This document shows, piece after piece, positions 8,933 through 17,500 of a stretch of 64,000 nt of DNA (its first letter is position 1; each line of letters starts with the position of its first letter). The stretch comes from a candidate division FCPU426 bacterium. GTDB lineage: Bacteria; Oederibacteriota; Muellerivitia; Muellerivitales; Muellerivitaceae. The position numbers and the translations under genes were made by a program. The DNA lies in assembly GCA_963771075.1 (NCBI GenBank), contig CAVYSE010000004.1:1-64000 (forward strand), given 5' to 3'. The notes below the pieces were generated by a model. That model worked only from the letters and a program-made list of their open reading frames with translations, was not told the origin of the DNA and searched no databases.

Positions 8933-8984
8933 GGTTCATAATCTCCTTCATCCGCTTTAGGGCGATATCCAAATCGTTGGCCAT
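8916..8984 (-). pseudogene. 22-aa remnant of a HigB/Gp49-like toxin
   Basis: MANDLDIALKRMKEIMNHEKSE resembles the terminal helix of such toxins and overlaps the antitoxin start as a toxin gene would. Confidence 0.6.
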
Positions 8985-9055
8985 GGAAACCAATTTAGTA
9001 ATTTTTTCAAAGATTGAACCATTTATGTACTTTCCCTTAATTGTACAGCTTCACC

Positions 9056-9085
9056 TTGTCAAAGACGGATACCCATCTTGGACAC
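9056..9085. repeat. 30-bp 12-6-12 element (rightmost copy)
   Basis: TTGTCAAAGACG-GATACC-CATCTTGGACAC. Confidence 0.8.
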
Positions 9086-9109
9086 CTTGATTCGAAACTT
9101 TCCTTCCGC

Positions 9110-9853
9110 CTATATCTGGATCTTGGAAAAAAGCCAGCTTCCCAACACGAGGAAAGCCGCACAAAAGAGCCCCAGCACCGCGAAGTCCGTTCCCATCCCA
9201 TAAAAGGATTCCCCGCCAAAGGAAGCGCGCAGGGCGTCCACCCCGTAGGCCAGGGGGTTCAGGGAAGCCGTGATCGTCAGGCCGGGGCCCGCCCCCTTCA
9301 GGGGAAAGATGGCGCCCGAAAAGAAGAACATGGGCATGACCAGGAAGTTCATCACGAGCGGGAAAGCCTGCATATCGTTCAACTGGGAAGCGAGGGCCGT
9401 CCCGAAGGCCGTGAAGTTGACGGCCACCAGGAACATGATGAGGAAGCTCAACGGAAGGGATTGGAGGTCGGGGCGGAACCCGAACAAACAGGAGAGGGCC
9501 AGCACGATCAGGCCCTGGAACATGGCCACCGTGGCGCCCCCCAGGGTGCGGCCCACCATGATGTTGAGCCGGGAAACGGGCGCCACCAGGGTTTCCTTGA
9601 GAAAGCCGAACTGGCGGTCCCAGATGATCTCGATCCCGGAAAAGACCGACGTGAACAGGACGGCCATGCAAACGACCCCCGGGGCCAGGAACTGCAGGTA
9701 GTTCCCCGATCCCGCCTTTTCGTAGATCTTCCCGAAACCGAAGCCAAAGGCGACCAGGAAGATCAGGGGCTGGCCGAGGGAGCCGATCATCCGGGGTTTG
9801 GAGCGGAAATAACGCTTCAACTGGCGCAGCCACATGATGTACAGGGTATCCAT
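9110..9853 (-). CDS. ABC-2 type exporter permease (DrrB-like)
   Basis: MDTLYIMWLRQLKRYFR, FLAPG, DRQFGFLKETLVAP, FFSGAIFP, NPLAYGVD; GGAGG RBS supports start 9853. Confidence 0.92.
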   Translation of the reverse strand: MDTLYIMWLRQLKRYFRSKPRMIGSLGQPLIFLVAFGFGFGKIYEKAGSGNYLQFLAPGVVCMAVLFTSVFSGIEIIWDRQFGFLKETLVAPVSRLNIMVGRTLGGATVAMFQGLIVLALSCLFGFRPDLQSLPLSFLIMFLVAVNFTAFGTALASQLNDMQAFPLVMNFLVMPMFFFSGAIFPLKGAGPGLTITASLNPLAYGVDALRASFGGESFYGMGTDFAVLGLFCAAFLVLGSWLFSKIQI

Positions 9854-9855
9854 CG

Positions 9856-10653
9856 TCAGCGCCTCCACATTTTTTTGGCGATCCGCATGTTGTCCGCGTC
9901 CGAGGCGTCCTCGTCCCGCAGGCCGTGGCCGGTCAACCGGATGAAGGCATCCTCCAGAGTACGAGCCTTGGCCTTTTTCTTGAGCGCGGCGGGGGTGCCC
10001 TGGGCCACGATCTTGCCATGGTCGATGATGGTCACCAGGTCCGCCACCCTTTCGGCCTCGTCCATATAGTGGGTGGTAAAAAAGACGGTGACCTTTTCCG
10101 CTCGGTTCAGGCCCAGGATATATTTCCAAATGTGATTGCGGGTCTGGGGGTCCAGTCCCACGGTGGGCTCGTCCAGGAAAAGGACCTTGGGGTGATGCAG
10201 GAGGCCCCGGGCGATCTCCAGGCGCCGTTTCATGCCGCCGGAGAATTGCTTCACCAGGTCGTTCCGCCGGTCCCAAAGCTCCACGATTCTCAGCAGTTCC
10301 TCGGTGCGCCTGCGCCGGAGGTCCGGCGGCACCTTGTACAGGACGCCGTGGAACTCCATGTTCTCCGCCGCGGTCAATTCGTCATCCAGGCTCGGGTCCT
10401 GGAAAACGATGCCGAAGCAACGTCGGACGCCCATTTGATCCTTGGCCGGGTCGTGCCCATCCAGGAGGATGCGGCCGCTGGTGGGGGAAAGCAGGGTCGT
10501 GAGCATTTTGATGGAAGTGGTTTTGCCCGCGCCGTTGGGGCCCAGGAAGCCGAAGATTTGGCCCCTTTGGGTGTTGAAGGAAATACCGTCGACCGCCGTG
10601 AATGCGCCGAATTTCTTGGTGAGGTTACTCACCTCAATGATGTTGTCGTTCAT
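9856..10653 (-). CDS. ABC exporter ATP-binding subunit (DrrA-like)
   Basis: GPNGAGKT, FSGGM, LFLDEPT, TTHY. Confidence 0.95.
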   Translation of the reverse strand: MNDNIIEVSNLTKKFGAFTAVDGISFNTQRGQIFGFLGPNGAGKTTSIKMLTTLLSPTSGRILLDGHDPAKDQMGVRRCFGIVFQDPSLDDELTAAENMEFHGVLYKVPPDLRRRRTEELLRIVELWDRRNDLVKQFSGGMKRRLEIARGLLHHPKVLFLDEPTVGLDPQTRNHIWKYILGLNRAEKVTVFFTTHYMDEAERVADLVTIIDHGKIVAQGTPAALKKKAKARTLEDAFIRLTGHGLRDEDASDADNMRIAKKMWRR

Positions 10654-10791
10654 GGCGACATTATTAGCTTAAAAAACGGGCGGGGCAAGAAGCGCTCGAA
10701 AAGGAAAGACAAAGGCCGAGTCCCCGCGAACAGGGCCGAAACCACTCGGACCCTGAATCCCCCGACGGATGATTCTTAACCGTTTAAACCC

Positions 10792-11322
10792 CTACTGAAT
10801 GTACAAAAGGGCGTTTAAAACCATCCAGGAGAGGGCCAACTGGGCGAGATACAGGAATTTCTTGATCCAGTTCGGGCTGAGAAAACAAAAGCGGATGCCG
10901 TTCTTGGTCAAAAAGAAAAGCAGGTTCGCCGCGACCATGGCCAGAAAAAAGTCGAAGAGGACGGGCGTTCCATCCATCATCTTCCAAAGCGTGATCTTCC
11001 GGGTCACCAGGTAAAAAATCATCAGCCCATTCACGATGATCCAATCGGCCCTTTCCCAATTAATGACCGCATCAATATTTTTACCCGCCAGGCTCCTGCG
11101 CGCGTGGACGCCCCCCAATAGGATGGGCGCCAAAAGGGACAGAAGGACCCATGGAATCTGAAACAGGTCCTGGATCAGTAGCGTTGTGAAGCTGGTTACG
11201 AAACCCAGGGCTTTCCCGAAGCCGTCCGAATCAAGCGTGCCATGCATAAAAAAAACGACCGCGAACAGCTCGACGAAAAGGATCGACGAGATGACGAAGA
11301 GATCGAGAATCCAACGTTTCAT
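10792..11322 (-). CDS. Integral membrane hypothetical protein
   Basis: Several hydrophobic segments; GGAGG RBS. Confidence 0.7.
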   Translation of the reverse strand: MKRWILDLFVISSILFVELFAVVFFMHGTLDSDGFGKALGFVTSFTTLLIQDLFQIPWVLLSLLAPILLGGVHARRSLAGKNIDAVINWERADWIIVNGLMIFYLVTRKITLWKMMDGTPVLFDFFLAMVAANLLFFLTKNGIRFCFLSPNWIKKFLYLAQLALSWMVLNALLYIQ

Positions 11323-11679
11323 GGCAACCTCCCAAATTCCCTACGAGCCTTGAATCAAACCTCAAAATACCACCGCGAGGCAGTCAAATGCATGGGACTC
11401 GGTGAAAAGCAAAGTTCGTTACCGCTACCCAGGCGATTAAAACCTAACCCTTGATCTTTTTATACAAGAAACACCGGCTCACGCCCTTGGGAAAAGGCTT
11501 CAAGACCCCAAAGGGCTTAAAAACATATTTTGGGTAGAACCGCAGGGCCTAGAGGCTAAGGGTGTCCCATAACCTGTCCCATTTTAATTGAAGAACCGTG
11601 AAAAGGATGTCGGTTCCACCGGCAGGTTGTCAGGGCACCCGCCCAGGCCGTAAAATTGATGGAACCCAGGAGACTTTCC

Positions 11680-11994
11680 ATGAAAGTTCACAACAACCAG
11701 AATAATCCCCTTCTCACCGCCCAGGCGATCGAGGAAGCCGCCGTGCGGGCGGCCCAGCGCAAGGAAGAGAACCTGGCACGAACCCGCGCGATGGACGAGA
11801 CCCTGGAACTGCAACAGAAAGTGGACGCGACCCAAGGCGATAAGGAACAACAAAAACACAAAAAGGATGGGGAACCCAAGGGATTCCGGGAGATTCTCTA
11901 CCGGAAGGACGGTTCGATTCAGATCGACGGCCCCACCTCAACGGACGTGCCCCCTCCGCCGCCCGGCCATAAAGGCATCGACCTCAAGATCTGA
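11680..11994 (+). CDS. Small hydrophilic hypothetical protein
   Basis: AGGAG RBS, coiled-coil-like middle, C-terminal GIDLKI. Confidence 0.65.
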   Translation: MKVHNNQNNPLLTAQAIEEAAVRAAQRKEENLARTRAMDETLELQQKVDATQGDKEQQKHKKDGEPKGFREILYRKDGSIQIDGPTSTDVPPPPPGHKGIDLKI

Positions 11995-12067
11995 CGATTG
12001 CCCCTTTTTCCAGCCGCCGCGAATAACCCGGCCCTCTTTTTGAAGCCTTGTCCCTGGGCGGCCCGGC

Positions 12068-13657
12068 CTACTTCAACAGCTCCACATCGTCGATCTTGAA
12101 GTCGAAATCCGAATCGGCCACGCCGGGCGTGTAGGTGATCTTGGTCACGTCGTTGAATTTCTTTTCCAATTGCTTGCCCCAGGAGGCCTGGTGAAAGCCG
12201 TCGAACGGCAGGGTGACCTGGGTCCAATCCGCCGGGGAAACAAAGTTGGCCTGGTAATCACAGTAGTCCGTCACCGCGGCCTTGGTCAAGGCGACCGTAT
12301 GGCTTTTTCCGTCGCCCCGGGTGTAGAACCGCAGGGCCTTATAGGCGGTCAGGTCGATGGGTTTGCCCGAGGCGTCCAACGCCAGGGCGAGCAAGGCCCA
12401 GGGCCAGGGCGCCTGCGCGGGGCCGATATGCCCTTTCATCCCGGCGCAATGGCCCGGGCTCTTGGGCGAACCGCCCGGCAGGGGAGCGAAGGGCATGGGC
12501 GATAGTTTGGTCACCCCGGCGGCGTCACATCCCGACCACCAGCCGGAACCGTAAGAGGGCGAGGCGGACTCGAAATCGTCGACCTTCAACACCGCCTGGT
12601 CCGGGGCCGCCACCACCGTCGAGCTGTCGATCACGGCCGCCGGGGGCTGGATCGGCGCGCGGGCCGCGGCCGCCGCGGGTTTCCAAAGGGCGTTCTCCAG
12701 GGTCAATTCCCCGGCGTCGAAGGAGATCTCATAGACCCCCGGCGGGTCGGCCTTCAGCGCCTGGCCGCCCTGGGCCACTTTCAAGCCCTCGCCCTCGATG
12801 TCCAGCTTCAACTTCACGCCCGCCGGGAACCGGGGGATCTTGTCCCACTTCACCACCGTCGTGGTGCCGACCCTCACGGGCTCCGCGGCCTCCAACACCT
12901 TCTGCGCTTTCCAGTAGGCGCCCACCTCCACGAAAGGCGCGATCCACAAGTCTTTCCGCTTCTTCACCAGGTAATCCAGGAAATCCAGGTAGGTCTTTTT
13001 CTTGATGGGCTGGTACCAGTTCGACCCCTCGATGGCGTGGATCATCAACACGGTCCATGCCCCGGCGGAAAGGTCCGTATCCACCCAGTTCTTGTAGGTC
13101 TCGCCGGCGTAGACGGTTTGGGTGGCCTGGCTGGGGATGTCGTACCAATCGGGGTTCATGTCCGGGGTCAGGTAATTATTATTTTGGCCCCCGCCTCGGG
13201 CGATGAAATCGTTCGCCGCGACCCATTTCTTGATCCCCGGCGATTCCTCCACGTAGGGGTAGGCGAAGGTGAGGACGGGTTGGCCGGTCAATTTTTCGAG
13301 GGCGGCCTTGGCGGATTCCACCTCGGTTCGCTCATCTGCGGGCGACAGTTCCGACGTATGCCGGTGGGTGACGGTATGGTTTCCGATCTCCTGGCCCGCC
13401 TGGAAGGCCTTTTTCCATTCGTCCAAGCGGTCCATCTTGCCCGTGATCAGGTAAAAGGTGCCCCGCAGGTTCCGCTTGTTCATCTCGGGGATTGCCAAGT
13501 CCAGGTGGATCGGGTCCCCGTCGTCATAGGTCAGGGAGAGGGCGGCCTTGTAGCCGTTCCAGGGCAGGATCTGGAAGGGAGCGTCCTTCGCGGCCAAGAA
13601 AGAAGCGGAAAGAAACAATCCCGCCAACAGGGTCAGGCGCTTGATGGAATTAGGCAT
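12068..13657 (-). CDS. Secreted CE4/NodB polysaccharide deacetylase with C-terminal CIA30/CBM11-like domain
   Basis: Signal peptide; LTYDDG, EIGNHTVTH, FAYPY, LMIH; C-terminal DLTAYKALRFYTRGDG...WTQVTLPF...FKIDDVEL. Confidence 0.88.
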   Translation of the reverse strand: MPNSIKRLTLLAGLFLSASFLAAKDAPFQILPWNGYKAALSLTYDDGDPIHLDLAIPEMNKRNLRGTFYLITGKMDRLDEWKKAFQAGQEIGNHTVTHRHTSELSPADERTEVESAKAALEKLTGQPVLTFAYPYVEESPGIKKWVAANDFIARGGGQNNNYLTPDMNPDWYDIPSQATQTVYAGETYKNWVDTDLSAGAWTVLMIHAIEGSNWYQPIKKKTYLDFLDYLVKKRKDLWIAPFVEVGAYWKAQKVLEAAEPVRVGTTTVVKWDKIPRFPAGVKLKLDIEGEGLKVAQGGQALKADPPGVYEISFDAGELTLENALWKPAAAAARAPIQPPAAVIDSSTVVAAPDQAVLKVDDFESASPSYGSGWWSGCDAAGVTKLSPMPFAPLPGGSPKSPGHCAGMKGHIGPAQAPWPWALLALALDASGKPIDLTAYKALRFYTRGDGKSHTVALTKAAVTDYCDYQANFVSPADWTQVTLPFDGFHQASWGKQLEKKFNDVTKITYTPGVADSDFDFKIDDVELLK

Positions 13658-13801
13658 GCGGCCCTCCTTAAAAAGAAATAGACTGCTTCACCCCTCGGGC
13701 ATCGGAAAAATCGCCTGGGTTGAAGCCCGAAACACCATAACCGGATACTCCCCTACCCCCCACTGGAACCAGCCAGCGGCATCTTTCGTACCTTGAACCG
13801 G

Positions 13802-15766
13802 TCAGTGCTCCGCTTGGAACGCCATGTAGGAATGGGGCTGGACGGTGACTTCGAAACGGGTCCGGGAGGGGCCCAATTCCGGCTCCCGATTCCAACGGTT
13901 TTCGTTAGGGTCCGACGTCGGAGTGGGTTGGGGTTGCAGGAGTTGACCCGTCGCCAGGTTCCGTAATTTCAGGTTTTCCCCCGCCACCGCCAGGGTGACC
14001 GTCGATTCCACCGGCCGGTAGGACTCCACCACAAAGGTGTTGTTGTCATAGGCGAAGAGGGCCACTTGGGCCGGGGAATCCATTTGCACCGGGAAGTCCT
14101 GCAGGAGGTACTTTTTGATGGCGTGGGTCACGCCCCGGGGCAGGTTGTACAGGTCGGAGATGTTCTCCGGGATGGTGATCACATAGAGAACGCCCTTGGA
14201 ATAGTGGTTCATCAGGATGATCGGGAACCCCTTATCGGAAGCCACCCCCCGTACGATGCCCCACATGTCGTTGGTGAAGAACCGGATTTCCGGGAAAAGG
14301 ATGGAGGGGTTGTCGCGCAGAGGGTCGTTGAGGCGGGTGCCGTTTCCCGCCCCGAACCCGTTGATGAAGTCGTGGATGGAAACGGTGCGGCCCGTGGCTT
14401 CCATCTCCGCGATATCCTTAAGCCCCTTGTCCTGCAGGGCGCGGACCAGCCCGGAAGTGATGAAGACGTTCTTGCCTGCGGCGAGTTGTTTCTTGATCTT
14501 CGAGACGATCTCGGGGTCGAACTTGGCGCTTTCGGTGAGGAGCACCCCGTCGGCCCCGGCCGGGAACTTGGGCGTCATTTCGATGGGGATGCCGATGTTT
14601 CCCAAATAGTTTTGCAGGAAGTCCTCGCCGGTGGACTGGTAGGGCTTGTAATTCATCAGGCCGATGGGTTTGCCCAGCCGGCCCAGCACCGGGTCGACCT
14701 GCTCCAAGGCATAGCCCGCGATCCGGCCCCAGCCGGGCCCCGCGGTCACGCCCGGGAGGGGTTGGTAGGACTTGAGCATCGCATCCCAGTTGAAGCTGGT
14801 GTCCAGGTTCTGCCAGGCCTCCCGGTCTCCCGGTTTCACGGGCCATTCGGCGGCCATCTCATACCAGTTGAAAAGGGTGATCTCGGGGGATTTGGCGAAG
14901 AGGGTATCCCACAACTGCTCCGGGTATCGGTCGGCGTATCGGGTGCTGTAGGTATCCACCCAGCCCCCCAGGTTCCCGCCGTCGGGGCGGATGTTGCTGA
15001 AGTAGCGGAAGATCTCGTAGCTCTCGTACTGTTGCAGAAGCTGGTCGGTGATCGTGGGGTCGCGCGTCTCGGTGCCGGTGTAGATGGCGTCGAAGGCGTG
15101 GGCTTCCTGGTCCAGGTCGTAGCCCAGGCCCTGGAAATGTTCGTACCAGTTGGGATACTTGATGATCATCTTGATCTTCGGGCGGATGGCCCGGGCGGGT
15201 TTCAGCACCAGGTTCCGGGCGGCCTTACGCATGGTGTCCAGGCGGTACTGGGTCCAGGAGCGCTTGCCCTTGGCGGCGATATCGAGGTCGGACTTGCTGG
15301 TGTAAAAGAAGAAATCGTCCAGGATGACGGTGTCGAAATGCCGGGCCGCGATCTGCACGGCCTTCTTGCATTCCGCCCGGTCCTCCGGCTTCTCAAAGTC
15401 GAAGGTGCCGAACTGGCCGCTCTTCCCTCCCCCGGCGGAAAGGGTCAGACCGCCGCAGACCGTAATGCCCCGGTCGGTGAAGAACTTGATGATCTTGTCC
15501 AGGGTGGCTTCGTCGGCGAAATTCCTGTCCCGGTAGACTTCCAGGTAGACCTTGTCGAACTTGACCCGGCTCGCGACCCGGTCGTATTCCTGTCGCAAGA
15601 CCTTCTCGTCGGCGAAACGCTGGGTGGCGTTGACCACGATATAGATGGCGGTGCGGAAATTCTTGTACTTCCCCGCCGGCTTGTCCCCTTCGGCGAAGGA
15701 ACCCATCGGGAATAGGAGAGTAAGGCACAAAATCGAAAATGCCACGACTGCGAACAACCGCTTCAT
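13802..15766 (-). CDS. Secreted conserved hypothetical protein, possibly glycoside-hydrolase-like
   Basis: Signal peptide; ILDDFFF, IIKYPNWYEH, YTGTETRD motifs; adjacent to the deacetylase. Confidence 0.6.
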   Translation of the reverse strand: MKRLFAVVAFSILCLTLLFPMGSFAEGDKPAGKYKNFRTAIYIVVNATQRFADEKVLRQEYDRVASRVKFDKVYLEVYRDRNFADEATLDKIIKFFTDRGITVCGGLTLSAGGGKSGQFGTFDFEKPEDRAECKKAVQIAARHFDTVILDDFFFYTSKSDLDIAAKGKRSWTQYRLDTMRKAARNLVLKPARAIRPKIKMIIKYPNWYEHFQGLGYDLDQEAHAFDAIYTGTETRDPTITDQLLQQYESYEIFRYFSNIRPDGGNLGGWVDTYSTRYADRYPEQLWDTLFAKSPEITLFNWYEMAAEWPVKPGDREAWQNLDTSFNWDAMLKSYQPLPGVTAGPGWGRIAGYALEQVDPVLGRLGKPIGLMNYKPYQSTGEDFLQNYLGNIGIPIEMTPKFPAGADGVLLTESAKFDPEIVSKIKKQLAAGKNVFITSGLVRALQDKGLKDIAEMEATGRTVSIHDFINGFGAGNGTRLNDPLRDNPSILFPEIRFFTNDMWGIVRGVASDKGFPIILMNHYSKGVLYVITIPENISDLYNLPRGVTHAIKKYLLQDFPVQMDSPAQVALFAYDNNTFVVESYRPVESTVTLAVAGENLKLRNLATGQLLQPQPTPTSDPNENRWNREPELGPSRTRFEVTVQPHSYMAFQAEH

Positions 15767-15821
15767 GGGAACCGCCTCCAGTATCATAAGTTTTTTCCGA
15801 TATTCGATTGGAATTGCCGGC

Positions 15822-16178
15822 TTAATCCGCGGGTCCCGCCATGCCTGATAACCAGGACATCAAGGCCATGCTTCCCAAGAAGACAAGAACGGTCGCGAGC
15901 AGGATGGGCAGCACCACCCAGAAGATAAAACCGATCCAAAGGGAATTTTTCCCGACCTTGCGGGTTTCCTTGGATTCCTGGTCATACAGAAGGATTCCGA
16001 TTAGGATTCCGGCCATCGGTATAAAAAGGGAAAAGAGGTACCAACCCCAGCGGTAGTCCCAGAAGGAAGGGCCGGCGGGTTGGGCGGACGCGACGGATTC
16101 CACAGGGGCCAGGTTGGGCGGGAGCGAAGCTGGGCGGGCTTTCGAAGCCGGACGGGCTTTTCGATGGGAGGGCGTCAT
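15822..16178 (-). CDS. Small membrane protein
   Basis: Two hydrophobic segments; coupled to the upstream gene (TAATG overlap). Confidence 0.65.
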   Translation of the reverse strand: MTPSHRKARPASKARPASLPPNLAPVESVASAQPAGPSFWDYRWGWYLFSLFIPMAGILIGILLYDQESKETRKVGKNSLWIGFIFWVVLPILLATVLVFLGSMALMSWLSGMAGPAD

Positions 16179-16723
16179 TAAAAGACCTTGAACAAAAGGG
16201 CAAGCACCCCTCCCAATACACCGAGCATGGCGGTGGGAAGGAGCACATAAACATAGGCCGAAACCCGGGAACAGGCCAGGATTTCCGCCGAGCCGACCAC
16301 CTCAAAATAAATAACCGCCAGGAGGCCCCACTTGCCGATGAGAAAGGCGAGCGCCAAGGCGGCCATGCCCCCGGTGGAGTAAAAAACCAATTTTTGCAGG
16401 TCGTCCAGGGAAAGTTGGGCTCCCAACAAATACCCTGTCAACCGGATAAAAGCCGCCCAAAGGTAGCCGCAAACCAGCACAGCGAAAGGCAAGGCGATGA
16501 GGAGAGCGACAGTCACGAAGGCCACGATGGAGAGGGTCCCTCCCGAGAGGGCTTCCTGCAGGCCCAGCAGGACCGCGACCAGGATCGAGGTCAGGGCCGC
16601 GAAGTTGGAAGCGGCCTGGGGTTTCGATTCTTGGGCGACCGAGGAAAAAAAGGGGCCCGGTTTGGTCCAAAGAAAAATGAGGTTTTGAAAATAATCCTTG
16701 ATCATGGGGGCCAAGTTTAACAC
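16178..16723 (-). CDS. Yip1-like membrane protein
   Basis: LWTKPGPFFSSV start motif followed by about five TM segments. Confidence 0.6.
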   Translation of the reverse strand: MLNLAPMIKDYFQNLIFLWTKPGPFFSSVAQESKPQAASNFAALTSILVAVLLGLQEALSGGTLSIVAFVTVALLIALPFAVLVCGYLWAAFIRLTGYLLGAQLSLDDLQKLVFYSTGGMAALALAFLIGKWGLLAVIYFEVVGSAEILACSRVSAYVYVLLPTAMLGVLGGVLALLFKVF

Positions 16724-16998
16724 AAAGCGGCTTTATTCAAGTGTCGAGAGGGGGATAAAAAACGTCACATCCATCACATGCCGACTCTACATTAACCACT
16801 TAGGGGAGGTTGGTATTGTCCCGTATCCTTTGGCCCAAAGGGCCAAAGGGGACAAAGCCGCTCAGACGCCAAGAAAAGCCCAACCCTCGGATAAAATCAA
16901 AACCTGAACCCAAAACCGATCGGTTGGTTTTAATAATTAATATTACTTTGCGGCCTGGCGTCTTCGCGTTGGCGGCGGGTGTTCCTGGTTTGGGCATT

Positions 16999-17406
16999 CT
17001 ATTCGTCGAGGCGCTCCAGGGCCTCGTCCCAGGCGTCGTCCAGGTCGTCCACGTCGCCCTCGTTGATGACTTCAATCAGGAGCTTCTTCAGGCGGGGCGC
17101 CAGGGCCTCGTCCATCTCGTTCTCCTCGAGGACTTCCTTCACCTCATCCAAGGTCAGGTTCTCGAGAAAATCCTCGGCTTCGGCTTGGAAGAGCTTCTTT
17201 CGGTCCTTGTCGGAGGTATCCGCACCTTCCTCCTTCTCGTCCTCATCCTCGTCTTCGTCCTCTTCCTCATCCTCGGCGTCATCCAGTCCTATGGTTTCTT
17301 CCTCGTCGTCTTCCTCTTCCTCGTCCTCTTCCTCGACATCGTCCTCTTCTTCCATGGACTCCTCGTCGTCATTCAAATCGTCCTCATGGCGGCGTTTGGG
17401 TGACAC
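16999..17406 (-). CDS. Extremely acidic small protein
   Basis: GAGGAGG RBS before GTG 17406; about half of the residues are Asp/Glu. Confidence 0.75.
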   Translation of the reverse strand: MSPKRRHEDDLNDDEESMEEEDDVEEEDEEEEDDEEETIGLDDAEDEEEDEDEDEDEKEEGADTSDKDRKKLFQAEAEDFLENLTLDEVKEVLEENEMDEALAPRLKKLLIEVINEGDVDDLDDAWDEALERLDE

Positions 17407-17500
17407 AAGATCCTCCTCGATCCTAAAAGGTTGCCCGAACCGTCCGGGCGTCTGGATGGGCCTCATGGTTACCCGTGAGGGCCATACCTGTCAAGGGCCG

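Noticed and set aside
3671..9085. 30-bp repeats as a CRISPR array or classical integron attC sites
   Set aside because: Spacing is 0.5-2 kb with whole genes between, no cas genes, no RYYYAAC/GTTRRRY cores and no integrase in the window.
9853..10276. N-terminal extension of the ABC permease in the ORF track
   Set aside because: It overlaps the ATPase in another frame; the RBS and family start point to 9853.
10700..10780. GC-rich structured stretch upstream of the ABC ATPase (CCGAGT...ACTCGG) as ncRNA or riboswitch
   Set aside because: No recognisable family consensus; would need an Infernal scan.
14066..15715. Long antisense ORFs (also 24629..25975, 31174..32220, 9041..10069, 29903..30850)
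   Set aside because: Shadows of GC-rich genes on the opposite strand, with no motifs of their own.
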